Shown in pieces: positions 20,040-31,739 of a stretch of DNA of 64,000 nucleotides (position 1 is the first letter of the stretch; each line of letters begins with the position of its first letter). The DNA lies in NCBI RefSeq assembly GCF_048593235.1, contig NC_133619.1:164376454-164440453 (forward strand). Reading direction: 5' to 3'. The position numbers and the translations under genes were made by a program. The DNA is from Sminthopsis crassicaudata (lineage: Eukaryota). The notes below the pieces were generated by a model. It did not search any database. It was given only the letters and a program-made list of their open reading frames with translations, and was not told where the DNA came from.

Positions 20040-21201
20040 ATGCTCCAACCTCACCTGCTGCAGAAAGAGATGGGCCTCAGCACCCGTGATCAACGTGGAG
20101 AACGAGTGATGTTCTTCTGTGAGGAAGACCACAGAGCCCTCTGTGATTCCTGTTTATCAGACCCAGAGCACAAGGACCACCAAGTCCTTCCCTTGGAGAC
20201 AGCAGCTGACAAGTGCAACAACAAACTCCGGGAGATATGGAGGATCTTTCACACAAAAGAAAAGAAGCTTCAAACTGCATGGGACACATTGAGAAGAGGA
20301 GAGGCACAATTCACAGAGCATACCTGCACTTTGAAAGAGTCAGCTATTTCTGAATATGGGAAAATTCACGAGTTCTTGCGGGATGAAGAATGTCAACACC
20401 TTGAAGAGCTACAGCAGCAATACAGAGACAATGCAGTCCAACTGGAGGACAAGGAGCATGAGTTGTCCAAACATACCAAGAGTCTGCAACAAATGATGCT
20501 CCAAGTAGAAGAGGATTTGGACAAGATGCCCTTGGAAATGATCCAGAATATGCCAGGCACTTGGAAAAAGAAAGAAGAGCTCCTACTTAAAAAAACCACA
20601 GCTTTCCTGCCTTTCCTGGCCTACCTGCCCTGTCACAGGCATGAGAGAAATGCTCATGAGTTTCTACAAGGATTTCACTTTTGATCCTGAATCAGCCCAT
20701 CCTCATCTCCTCCTGTCTGAAGATCTGAAGAGGGTCCAGTATGGAAGTATCTGTCAAGACCTGCCTGACAACAAAGGGAGACTTGACTCTGCTCTTAGGG
20801 TTTTAGGAGCCCAGGAATTCACCTCAGGAAAACATTATTGGGAAGTGGAGGTGGGTGACAAGACCGAATGGGAATTGGGCATCTGTAAAGATCCAGCCAG
20901 GAAAAAGGGGCTGATCTTCTCTCCTAAGCACGGAAGAACCATCCTAGGCTCCACATCTGAAAATGAATCCATTGTCTGGAAATCAGAAAAGGGCTATCAT
21001 TGCAGCACATCTGGACACATAGTGGGCATTTTTCTTGATTATGAAATGAGTTATATAGCATTTTATGATGCCATATATGGATACCTTAATGGCATAATAA
21101 ACATAGATTTTGAAGGGCCACTTCGCCCTTATTTCTGTGCTTTCCTTTCAAAAGATGAGAGCACTCCTGTTTCACTGATCATTTGCCCCAAGTGTCCATA
21201 G
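20040..21201 (+). pseudogene. TRIML1-like: TRIML1-like array copy 3 with a +1 frameshift (A7 instead of A6 at 20589-20595); real pseudogene/truncated allele or a homopolymer error
   Basis: ORF is split into 20040-20684 and 20641-21201; the only disruption seen is one extra A. Confidence 0.7.
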
Positions 21202-23146
21202 TAGAGGGCTTTCACAGATACTAATGACTAAGAATGACTTTATGAAAACTGAAAGAAGATAACACTGCCAGTGGCACTCTATTTCTTTGTATTCCTGTTG
21301 AAATGGTCAATAAAGCATGATTATTTAAACCAAGAAAGCACTTTGTTTATCCTTCTTGTCATAAAAAAGGACAGGTCATATTTTTTTTTTTTTCCTTTCC
21401 CTTTAGTGGCTGATCTTCCAGCACCTAATGTGAAAGGGGAGGCTTTCAGAAGGATAGGAGAAAAAGCGGGAGGAAAGAAAATGGGAAGGGAAAAAGTTCC
21501 AGGTAGAAAAGGAGGAAGAGCAAAATTTGCAATGCTAAATAATTGGAGGAATAAAGAAACAACCAAAACAATAAGGAAGCAAACAAATAAATAAAGAAAA
21601 AAAAGACAAGCTCTCTTCTTGAAGGACTAGAGAGTGGAGTATGCAAAATCTGTTGCTCTGAGAAAGAGAGAGATCTACTTGAGGATAAGAGCAGACTCAA
21701 ATATCTTTTATTAAATTAGAAAATATGAGATATGTACAGGCATCAAGGTGTTGTGGAGGACTGAAATAAATCAGTCCTCAACTGAGCAGGAAACTGAAGC
21801 AAGACATTTTGCCAAATTCACTTTCATTTCGTCCTTCTGTTTTTCTACCCTTCTCTTGTAGAACTTTTTGTGCCTCTTCTGAGAGTTATCCCATTATGGA
21901 ATACAATCCAGAACATGAGTGATATTGTCACCATGTGTCCAGGTTAAAGAGCATTTTAATTTAAAGCCAATTAAACTCAATCTGCAATGTTCTGAGAAAT
22001 TGAAGGGTAAAATGACTGTGGTCTAAAGTATATAGGTGTGAACAGCATTGTGTATCTGTCATTTCAATGGAGTATTTTTAAAGGGAGAGCACTAGCCCCA
22101 GTGAAGAGAGTGGAAGCACTTTGCAAAGTGGGAGTTCTCACCTTCTGAGCAGTAAATAAAAGAACCTTCGTGGGGCAAACAATGAAAAAAATAATAAAAT
22201 TAGCAATTTAGTTCTCGGTTCTTTGTGGCAAGAACCAAAAGGAGAAACCAATGTTCTTTCCAAGTTGAATATCTAAAAAGAAAGGAATCAGAAATAAGGT
22301 CCTTTTAAAAAATCTTTTATACATATACAGATATCTTAATCTGATGATTGAATCATAATTAGGAAATGAGGCAAAAAGGGGAAAATAAGGGGGAGGGATA
22401 GCAAAGGTTGATCCTTGTTTTCTTCATGGGAGCCATGGGTGGGAAGCAATTTCTGAAAAAAAGATTTTGTCTGGGGTGGGGAAGGGTGGGGGGCATGCGG
22501 GGTGGGGGTGGGGGTGGGGGTGGTTGGGGGGGTGTCTTTCCTTGTCATGTTTCCATCTCAGCACATCAGAAAGGTGATATCTTGAGGTTTGCAAATGAGA
22601 ATGTTACTGCTAAGTGACCCAATGGGAAGATCTTTCCAAATACTAAGAGGGAGGGAAGGAGTTTTCTTCTCAAGAGATGCTGACTCTGAAGGGTGGGATT
22701 AGAAGGAAGGTGAGAGCTCAGCCCTGAAGCAGAGGGTGGAAGTCCTCTCAAAAGACAAGAGTTGTCACCTTTTGGGGGGTGGAGTTAAGAGAAGGGCTAA
22801 GCAGGGGAAAAGATATAAAAGGCTCACACAACTCAGTGCCAATACTTTTTGCTGCCAGAGCTCCAGGGCAGGAGCTAACTCTCTCCCTACCTGAAAAGGA
22901 AGGGATCAGAAGCTTAGGAACATACAAGCAAGAGTTTCATTGAAAGCCCTCAGCTAGGTCTCACTTGCTTGCATCTGCCTGAACTACTTCACTGACTGGG
23001 TGACTGAGAGTCTAGAGAGAGTCTTCTCCAGGGCAGTGAGGGAGTCACTGAAGCCTCAACCTGTACAGAGTGCAGGGGAGTCATTCATCAGACAGGCTGA
23101 CTTGCCGCTGAGCAGGAACCTGTAGACTCAGTGCACCACCGGCAAG

Positions 23147-24307
23147 ATGCTCCAACCTCACCTGCTGCAGAAAGAGATGGGCCTCAGCACCCGTGATCAA
23201 CGTGGAGAACGAGTGATGTTCTTCTGTGAGGAAGACCACAGAGCCCTCTGTGATTCCTGTTTATCAGACCCAGAGCACAAGGACCACCAAGTCCTTCCCT
23301 TGGAGACAGCAGCTGACAAGTGCAACAACAAACTCCGGGAGATATGGAGGATCTTTCACACAAAAGAAAAGAAGCTTCAAACTGCATGGGACACATTGAG
23401 AAGAGGAGAGGCACAATTCACAGAGCATACCTGCACTTTGAAAGAGTCAGCTATTTCTGAATATGGGAAAATTCACGAGTTCTTACGGGATGAAGAATGT
23501 CAACACCTTGAAGAGCTACAGCAGCAATACAGAGACAATGCAGTCCAACTGGAGGACAAGGAGCATGAGTTGTCCAAACATACCAAGAGTCTGCAACAAA
23601 TGATGCTCCAAGTAGAAGAGGATTTGGACAAGATGCCCTTGGAAATGATCCAGAATATGCCAGGCACTTGGAAAAAGAAAGAAGAGCTCCTACTTAAAAA
23701 ACCACAGCTTTCCTGCCTTTCCTGGCCTACCTGCCCTGTCACAGGCATGAGAGAAATGCTCATGAGTTTCTACAAGGATTTCACTTTTGATCCTGAATCA
23801 GCCCATCCTCATCTCCTCCTGTCTGAAGATCTGAAGAGGGTCCAGTATGGAAGTATCTGTCAAGACCTGCCTGACAACAAAGGGAGACTTGACTCTGCTC
23901 TTAGGGTTTTAGGAGCCCAGGAATTCACCTCAGGAAAACATTATTGGGAAGTGGAGGTGGGTGACAAGACCGAATGGGAATTGGGCATCTGTAAAGATCC
24001 AGCCAGGAAAAAGGGGCTGATCTTCTCTCCTAAGCACGGAAGAACCATCCTAGGCTCCACATCTGAAAATGAATCCATTGTCTGGAAATCAGAAAAGGGC
24101 TATCATTGCAGCACATCTGGACACATAGTGGGCATTTTTCTTGATTATGAAATGAGTTATATAGCATTTTATGATGCCATATATGGATACCTTAATGGCA
24201 TAATAAACATAGATTTTGAAGGGCCACTTCGCCCTTATTTCTGTGCTTTCCTTTCAAAAGATGAGAGCACTCCTGTTTCACTGATCATTTGCCCCAAGTG
24301 TCCATAG
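23147..24307 (+). CDS. TRIML1-like: RING-less TRIML1-like protein, array copy 4 (386 aa)
   Basis: Intact ORF; translation identical to copies 5 and 6. Confidence 0.85.
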   Translation: MLQPHLLQKEMGLSTRDQRGERVMFFCEEDHRALCDSCLSDPEHKDHQVLPLETAADKCNNKLREIWRIFHTKEKKLQTAWDTLRRGEAQFTEHTCTLKESAISEYGKIHEFLRDEECQHLEELQQQYRDNAVQLEDKEHELSKHTKSLQQMMLQVEEDLDKMPLEMIQNMPGTWKKKEELLLKKPQLSCLSWPTCPVTGMREMLMSFYKDFTFDPESAHPHLLLSEDLKRVQYGSICQDLPDNKGRLDSALRVLGAQEFTSGKHYWEVEVGDKTEWELGICKDPARKKGLIFSPKHGRTILGSTSENESIVWKSEKGYHCSTSGHIVGIFLDYEMSYIAFYDAIYGYLNGIINIDFEGPLRPYFCAFLSKDESTPVSLIICPKCP

Positions 24308-26252
24308 TAGAGGGCTTTCACAGATACTAATGACTAAGAATGACTTTATGAAAACTGAAAGAAGATAACACTGCCAGTGGCACTCTATTTCTTTGTATTC
24401 CTGTTGAAATGGTCAATAAAGCATGATTATTTAAACCAAGAAAGCACTTTGTTTATCCTTCTTGTCATAAAAAAGGACAGGTCATATTTTTTTTTTTTTC
24501 CTTTCCCTTTAGTGGCTGATCTTCCAGCACCTAATGTGAAAGGGGAGGCTTTCAGAAGGATAGGAGAAAAAGCGGGAGGAAAGAAAATGGGAAGGGAAAA
24601 AGTTCCAGGTAGAAAAGGAGGAAGAGCAAAATTTGCAATGCTAAATAATTGGAGGAATAAAGAAACAACCAAAACAATAAGGAAGCAAACAAATAAATAA
24701 AGAAAAAAAAGACAAGCTCTCTTCTTGAAGGACTAGAGAGTGGAGTATGCAAAATCTGTTGCTCTGAGAAAGAGAGAGATCTACTTGAGGATAAGAGCAG
24801 ACTCAAATATCTTTTATTAAATTAGAAAATATGAGATATGTACAGGCATCAAGGTGTTGTGGAGGACTGAAATAAATCAGTCCTCAACTGAGCAGGAAAC
24901 TGAAGCAAGACATTTTGCCAAATTCACTTTCATTTCGTCCTTCTGTTTTTCTACCCTTCTCTTGTAGAACTTTTTGTGCCTCTTCTGAGAGTTATCCCAT
25001 TATGGAATACAATCCAGAACATGAGTGATATTGTCACCATGTGTCCAGGTTAAAGAGCATTTTAATTTAAAGCCAATTAAACTCAATCTGCAATGTTCTG
25101 AGAAATTGAAGGGTAAAATGACTGTGGTCTAAAGTATATAGGTGTGAACAGCATTGTGTATCTGTCATTTCAATGGAGTATTTTTAAAGGGAGAGCACTA
25201 GCCCCAGTGAAGAGAGTGGAAGCACTTTGCAAAGTGGGAGTTCTCACCTTCTGAGCAGTAAATAAAAGAACCTTCGTGGGGCAAACAATGAAAAAAATAA
25301 TAAAATTAGCAATTTAGTTCTCGGTTCTTTGTGGCAAGAACCAAAAGGAGAAACCAATGTTCTTTCCAAGTTGAATATCTAAAAAGAAAGGAATCAGAAA
25401 TAAGGTCCTTTTAAAAAATCTTTTATACATATACAGATATCTTAATCTGATGATTGAATCATAATTAGGAAATGAGGCAAAAAGGGGAAAATAAGGGGGA
25501 GGGATAGCAAAGGTTGATCCTTGTTTTCTTCATGGGAGCCATGGGTGGGAAGCAATTTCTGAAAAAAAGATTTTGTCTGGGGTGGGGAAGGGTGGGGGGC
25601 ATGCGGGGTGGGGGTGGGGGTGGGGGTGGTTGGGGGGGTGTCTTTCCTTGTCATGTTTCCATCTCAGCACATCAGAAAGGTGATATCTTGAGGTTTGCAA
25701 ATGAGAATGTTACTGCTAAGTGACCCAATGGGAAGATCTTTCCAAATACTAAGAGGGAGGGAAGGAGTTTTCTTCTCAAGAGATGCTGACTCTGAAGGGT
25801 GGGATTAGAAGGAAGGTGAGAACTCAGCCCTGAAGCAGAGGGTGGAAGTCCTCTCAAAAGACAAGAGTTGTCACCTTTTGGGGGGTGGAGTTAAGAGAAG
25901 GGCTAAGCAGGGGAAAAGATATAAAAGGCTCACACAACTCAGTGCCAATACTTTTTGCTGCCAGAGCTCCAGGGCAGGAGCTAGCTCTCTCCCTACCTGA
26001 AAAGGAAGGGATCAGAAGCTTAGGAACATACAAGCAAGAGTTTCATTGAAAGCCTCCAGCTAGGTCTCACTTGCTTGCATCTGCCTGAACTACTTCACTG
26101 ACTGGGTGACTGAGAGTGCAGAGAGAGTCTTCTCCAGGGCAGTGAGGGAGTCACTGAAGCCTCAACCTGTACAGAGTGCAGGGGAGTCATTCATCAGACA
26201 GGCTGACTTGCCGCTGAGCAGGAACCTGTAGACTCAGTGCACCACCGGCAAG

Positions 26253-27413
26253 ATGCTCCAACCTCACCTGCTGCAGAAAGAGATGGGCCTCAGCACCCGT
26301 GATCAACGTGGAGAACGAGTGATGTTCTTCTGTGAGGAAGACCACAGAGCCCTCTGTGATTCCTGTTTATCAGACCCAGAGCACAAGGACCACCAAGTCC
26401 TTCCCTTGGAGACAGCAGCTGACAAGTGCAACAACAAACTCCGGGAGATATGGAGGATCTTTCACACAAAAGAAAAGAAGCTTCAAACTGCATGGGACAC
26501 ATTGAGAAGAGGAGAGGCACAATTCACAGAGCATACCTGCACTTTGAAAGAGTCAGCTATTTCTGAATATGGGAAAATTCACGAGTTCTTACGGGATGAA
26601 GAATGTCAACACCTTGAAGAGCTACAGCAGCAATACAGAGACAATGCAGTCCAACTGGAGGACAAGGAGCATGAGTTGTCCAAACATACCAAGAGTCTGC
26701 AACAAATGATGCTCCAAGTAGAAGAGGATTTGGACAAGATGCCCTTGGAAATGATCCAGAATATGCCAGGCACTTGGAAAAAGAAAGAAGAGCTCCTACT
26801 TAAAAAACCACAGCTTTCCTGCCTTTCCTGGCCTACCTGCCCTGTCACAGGCATGAGAGAAATGCTCATGAGTTTCTACAAGGATTTCACTTTTGATCCT
26901 GAATCAGCCCATCCTCATCTCCTCCTGTCTGAAGATCTGAAGAGGGTCCAGTATGGAAGTATCTGTCAAGACCTGCCTGACAACAAAGGGAGACTTGACT
27001 CTGCTCTTAGGGTTTTAGGAGCCCAGGAATTCACCTCAGGAAAACATTATTGGGAAGTGGAGGTGGGTGACAAGACCGAATGGGAATTGGGCATCTGTAA
27101 AGATCCAGCCAGGAAAAAGGGGCTGATCTTCTCTCCTAAGCACGGAAGAACCATCCTAGGCTCCACATCTGAAAATGAATCCATTGTCTGGAAATCAGAA
27201 AAGGGCTATCATTGCAGCACATCTGGACACATAGTGGGCATTTTTCTTGATTATGAAATGAGTTATATAGCATTTTATGATGCCATATATGGATACCTTA
27301 ATGGCATAATAAACATAGATTTTGAAGGGCCACTTCGCCCTTATTTCTGTGCTTTCCTTTCAAAAGATGAGAGCACTCCTGTTTCACTGATCATTTGCCC
27401 CAAGTGTCCATAG
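26253..27413 (+). CDS. TRIML1-like: RING-less TRIML1-like protein, array copy 5 (386 aa)
   Basis: Intact ORF. Confidence 0.85.
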   Translation: MLQPHLLQKEMGLSTRDQRGERVMFFCEEDHRALCDSCLSDPEHKDHQVLPLETAADKCNNKLREIWRIFHTKEKKLQTAWDTLRRGEAQFTEHTCTLKESAISEYGKIHEFLRDEECQHLEELQQQYRDNAVQLEDKEHELSKHTKSLQQMMLQVEEDLDKMPLEMIQNMPGTWKKKEELLLKKPQLSCLSWPTCPVTGMREMLMSFYKDFTFDPESAHPHLLLSEDLKRVQYGSICQDLPDNKGRLDSALRVLGAQEFTSGKHYWEVEVGDKTEWELGICKDPARKKGLIFSPKHGRTILGSTSENESIVWKSEKGYHCSTSGHIVGIFLDYEMSYIAFYDAIYGYLNGIINIDFEGPLRPYFCAFLSKDESTPVSLIICPKCP

Positions 27414-29354
27414 TAGAGGGCTTTCACAGATACTAATGACTAAGAATGACTTTATGAAAACTGAAAGAAGATAACACTGCCAGTGGCACTCTATTTCTTT
27501 GTATTCCTGTTGAAATGGTCAATAAAGCATGATTATTTAAACCAAGAAAGCACTTTGTTTATCCTTCTTGTCATAAAAAGGACAGGTCATATTTTTTTTT
27601 TTTTCCTTTCCCTTTAGTGGCTGATCTTCCAGCACCTAATGTGAAAGGGGAGGCTTTCAGAAGGATAGGAGAAAAAGCGGGAGGAAAGAAAATGGGAAGG
27701 GAAAAAGTTCCAGGTAGAAAAGGAGGAAGAGCAAAATTTGCAATGCTAAATAATTGGAGGAATAAAGAAACAACCAAAACAATAAGGAAGCAAACAAATA
27801 AATAAAGAAAAAAAAGACAAGCTCTCTTCTTGAAGGACTAGAGAGTGGAGTATGCAAAATCTGTTGCTCTGAGAAAGAGAGAGATCTACTTGAGGATAAG
27901 AGCAGACTCAAATATCTTTTATTAAATTAGAAAATATGAGATATGTACAGGCATCAAGGTGTTGTGGAGGACTGAAATAAATCAGTCCTCAACTGAGCAG
28001 GAAACTGAAGCAAGACATTTTGCCAAATTCACTTTCATTTCGTCCTTCTGTTTTTCTACCCTTCTCTTGTAGAACTTTTTGTGCCTCTTCTGAGAGTTAT
28101 CCCATTATGGAATACAATCCAGAACATGAGTGATATTGTCACCATGTGTCCAGGTTAAAGAGCATTTTAATTTGAAGCCAATTAAACTCAATCTGCAATG
28201 TTCTGAGAAATTGAAGGGTAAAATGACTGTGGTCTAAAGTATATAGGTGTGAACAGCATTGTGTATCTGTCATTTCAATGGAGTATTTTTAAAGGGAGAG
28301 CACTAGCCCCAGTGAAGAGAGTGGAAGCACTTTGCAAAGTGGGAGTTCTCACCTTCTGAGCAGTAAATAAAAGAACCTTCGTGGGGCAAACAATGAAAAA
28401 AATAATAAAATTAGCAATTTAGTTCTCGGTTCTTTGTGGCAAGAACCAAAAGGAGAAACCAATGTTCTTTCCAAGTTGAATATCTAAAAAGAAAGGAATC
28501 AGAAATAAGGTCCTTTTAAAAAATCTTTTATACATATACAGATATCTTAATCTGATGATTGAATCATAATTAGGAAATGAGGCAAAAAGGGGAAAATAAG
28601 GGGGAGGGATAGCAAAGGTTGATCCTTGTTTTCTTCATGGGAGCCATGGGTGGGAAGCAATTTCTGAAAAAAGATTTTGTCTGGGGTGGGGAAGGGTGGG
28701 GGGCATGCGGGGTGGGGGTGGGGGTGGGGGTGGTTGGGGGGTGTCTTTCCTTGTCATGTTTCCATCTCAGCACATCAGAAAGGTGATATCTTGAGGTTTG
28801 CAAATGAGAATGTTACTGCTAAGTGACCCAATGGGAAGATCTTTCCAAATACTAAGAGGAGGGAAGGAGTTTTCTTCTCAAGAGATGCTGACTCTGAAGG
28901 GTGGGATTAGAAGGAAGGTGAGAACTCAGCCCTGAAGCAGAGGGTGGAAGTCCTCTCAAAAGACAAGAGTTGTCACCTTTTGGGGGGTGGAGTTAAGAGA
29001 AGGGCTAAGCAGGGGAAAAGATATAAAAGGCTCACACAACTCAGTGCCAATACTTTTTGCTGCCAGAGCTCCAGGGCAGGAGCTAGCTCTCTCCCTACCT
29101 GAAAAGGAAGGGATCAGAAGCTTAGGAACATACAAGCAAGAGTTTCATTGAAAGCCTCCAGCTAGGTCTCACTTGCTTGCATCTGCCTGAACTACTTCAC
29201 TGACTGGGTGACTGAGAGTGCAGAGAGAGTCTTCTCCAGGGCAGTGAGGGAGTCACTGAAGCCTCAACCTGTACAGAGTGCAGGGGAGTCATTCATCAGA
29301 CAGGCTGACTTGCCGCTGAGCAGGAACCTGTAGACTCAGTGCACCACCGGCAAG

Positions 29355-30515
29355 ATGCTCCAACCTCACCTGCTGCAGAAAGAGATGGGCCTCAGCACCC
29401 GTGATCAACGTGGAGAACGAGTGATGTTCTTCTGTGAGGAAGACCACAGAGCCCTCTGTGATTCCTGTTTATCAGACCCAGAGCACAAGGACCACCAAGT
29501 CCTTCCCTTGGAGACAGCAGCTGACAAGTGCAACAACAAACTCCGGGAGATATGGAGGATCTTTCACACAAAAGAAAAGAAGCTTCAAACTGCATGGGAC
29601 ACATTGAGAAGAGGAGAGGCACAATTCACAGAGCATACCTGCACTTTGAAAGAGTCAGCTATTTCTGAATATGGGAAAATTCACGAGTTCTTACGGGATG
29701 AAGAATGTCAACACCTTGAAGAGCTACAGCAGCAATACAGAGACAATGCAGTCCAACTGGAGGACAAGGAGCATGAGTTGTCCAAACATACCAAGAGTCT
29801 GCAACAAATGATGCTCCAAGTAGAAGAGGATTTGGACAAGATGCCCTTGGAAATGATCCAGAATATGCCAGGCACTTGGAAAAAGAAAGAAGAGCTCCTA
29901 CTTAAAAAACCACAGCTTTCCTGCCTTTCCTGGCCTACCTGCCCTGTCACAGGCATGAGAGAAATGCTCATGAGTTTCTACAAGGATTTCACTTTTGATC
30001 CTGAATCAGCCCATCCTCATCTCCTCCTGTCTGAAGATCTGAAGAGGGTCCAGTATGGAAGTATCTGTCAAGACCTGCCTGACAACAAAGGGAGACTTGA
30101 CTCTGCTCTTAGGGTTTTAGGAGCCCAGGAATTCACCTCAGGAAAACATTATTGGGAAGTGGAGGTGGGTGACAAGACCGAATGGGAATTGGGCATCTGT
30201 AAAGATCCAGCCAGGAAAAAGGGGCTGATCTTCTCTCCTAAGCACGGAAGAACCATCCTAGGCTCCACATCTGAAAATGAATCCATTGTCTGGAAATCAG
30301 AAAAGGGCTATCATTGCAGCACATCTGGACACATAGTGGGCATTTTTCTTGATTATGAAATGAGTTATATAGCATTTTATGATGCCATATATGGATACCT
30401 TAATGGCATAATAAACATAGATTTTGAAGGGCCACTTCGCCCTTATTTCTGTGCTTTCCTTTCAAAAGATGAGAGCACTCCTGTTTCACTGATCATTTGC
30501 CCCAAGTGTCCATAG
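29355..30515 (+). CDS. TRIML1-like: RING-less TRIML1-like protein, array copy 6 (386 aa)
   Basis: Intact ORF. Confidence 0.85.
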   Translation: MLQPHLLQKEMGLSTRDQRGERVMFFCEEDHRALCDSCLSDPEHKDHQVLPLETAADKCNNKLREIWRIFHTKEKKLQTAWDTLRRGEAQFTEHTCTLKESAISEYGKIHEFLRDEECQHLEELQQQYRDNAVQLEDKEHELSKHTKSLQQMMLQVEEDLDKMPLEMIQNMPGTWKKKEELLLKKPQLSCLSWPTCPVTGMREMLMSFYKDFTFDPESAHPHLLLSEDLKRVQYGSICQDLPDNKGRLDSALRVLGAQEFTSGKHYWEVEVGDKTEWELGICKDPARKKGLIFSPKHGRTILGSTSENESIVWKSEKGYHCSTSGHIVGIFLDYEMSYIAFYDAIYGYLNGIINIDFEGPLRPYFCAFLSKDESTPVSLIICPKCP

Positions 30516-31739
30516 TAGAGGGCTTTCACAGATACTAATGACTAAGAATGACTTTATGAAAACTGAAAGAAGATAACACTGCCAGTGGCACTCTATTTCT
30601 TTGTATTCCTGTTGAAATGGTCAATAAAGCATGATTATTTAAACCAAGAAAGCACTTTGTTTATCCTTCTTGTCATAAAAAAGGACAGGTCATATTTTTT
30701 TTTTTTTCCTTTCCCTTTAGTGGCTGATCTTCCAGCACCTAATGTGAAAGGGGAGGCTTTCAGAAGGATAGGAGAAAAAGCGGGAGGAAAGAAAATGGGA
30801 AGGGAAAAAGTTCCAGGTAGAAAAGGAGGAAGAGCAAAATTTGCAATGCTAAATAATTGGAGGAATAAAGAAACAACCAAAACAATAAGGAAGCAAACAA
30901 ATAAATAAAGAAAAAAAAGACAAGCTCTCTTCTTGAAGGACTAGAGAGTGGAGTATGCAAAATCTGTTGCTCTGAGAAAGAGAGAGATCTACTTGAGGAT
31001 AAGAGCAGACTCAAATATCTTTTATTAAATTAGAAAATATGAGATATGTACAGGCATCAAGGTGTTGTGGAGGACTGAAATAAATCAGTCCTCAACTGAG
31101 CAGGAAACTGAAGCAAGACATTTTGCCAAATTCACTTTCATTTCGTCCTTCTGTTTTTCTACCCTTCTCTTGTAGAACTTTTTGTGCCTCTTCTGAGAGT
31201 TATCCCATTATGGAATACAATCCAGAACATGAGTGATATTGTCACCATGTGTCCAGGTTAAAGAGCATTTTAATTTGAAGCCAATTAAACTCAATCTGCA
31301 ATGTTCTGAGAAATTGAAGGGTAAAATGACTGTGGTCTAAAGTATATAGGTGTGAACAGCATTGTGTATCTGTCATTTCAATGGAGTATTTTTAAAGGGA
31401 GAGCACTAGCCCCAGTGAAGAGAGTGGAAGCACTTTGCAAAGTGGGAGTTCTCACCTTCTGAGCAGTAAATAAAAGAACCTTCGTGGGGCAAACAATGAA
31501 AAAAATAATAAAATTAGCAATTTAGTTCTCGGCTCTTTGTGGCAAGAACCAAAAGGAGAAACCAATGTTCTTTCCAAGTTGAATATCTAAAAAGAAAGGA
31601 ATCAGAAATAAGGTCCTTTTAAAAAATCTTTTATACATATACAGATATCTTAATCTGATGATTGAATCATAATTAGGAAATGAGGCAAAAAGGGGAAAAT
31701 AAGGGGGAGGGATAGCAAAGGTTGATCCTTGTTTTCTTC

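Larger units (their letters stand above)
13430..31739 (+). repeat. Tandem array of ~3.1-kb TRIM gene units (six genes plus a partial seventh spacer)
   Basis: Start-codon spacing 3104, 3101, 3107, 3106 and 3102 bp; units are near-identical by eye. Confidence 0.97.

Noticed and set aside
13430-31739. CRISPR-like or prokaryotic repeat system
   Set aside because: Eukaryotic DNA; the repeats are 3.1-kb gene duplications, not short repeat-spacer arrays.
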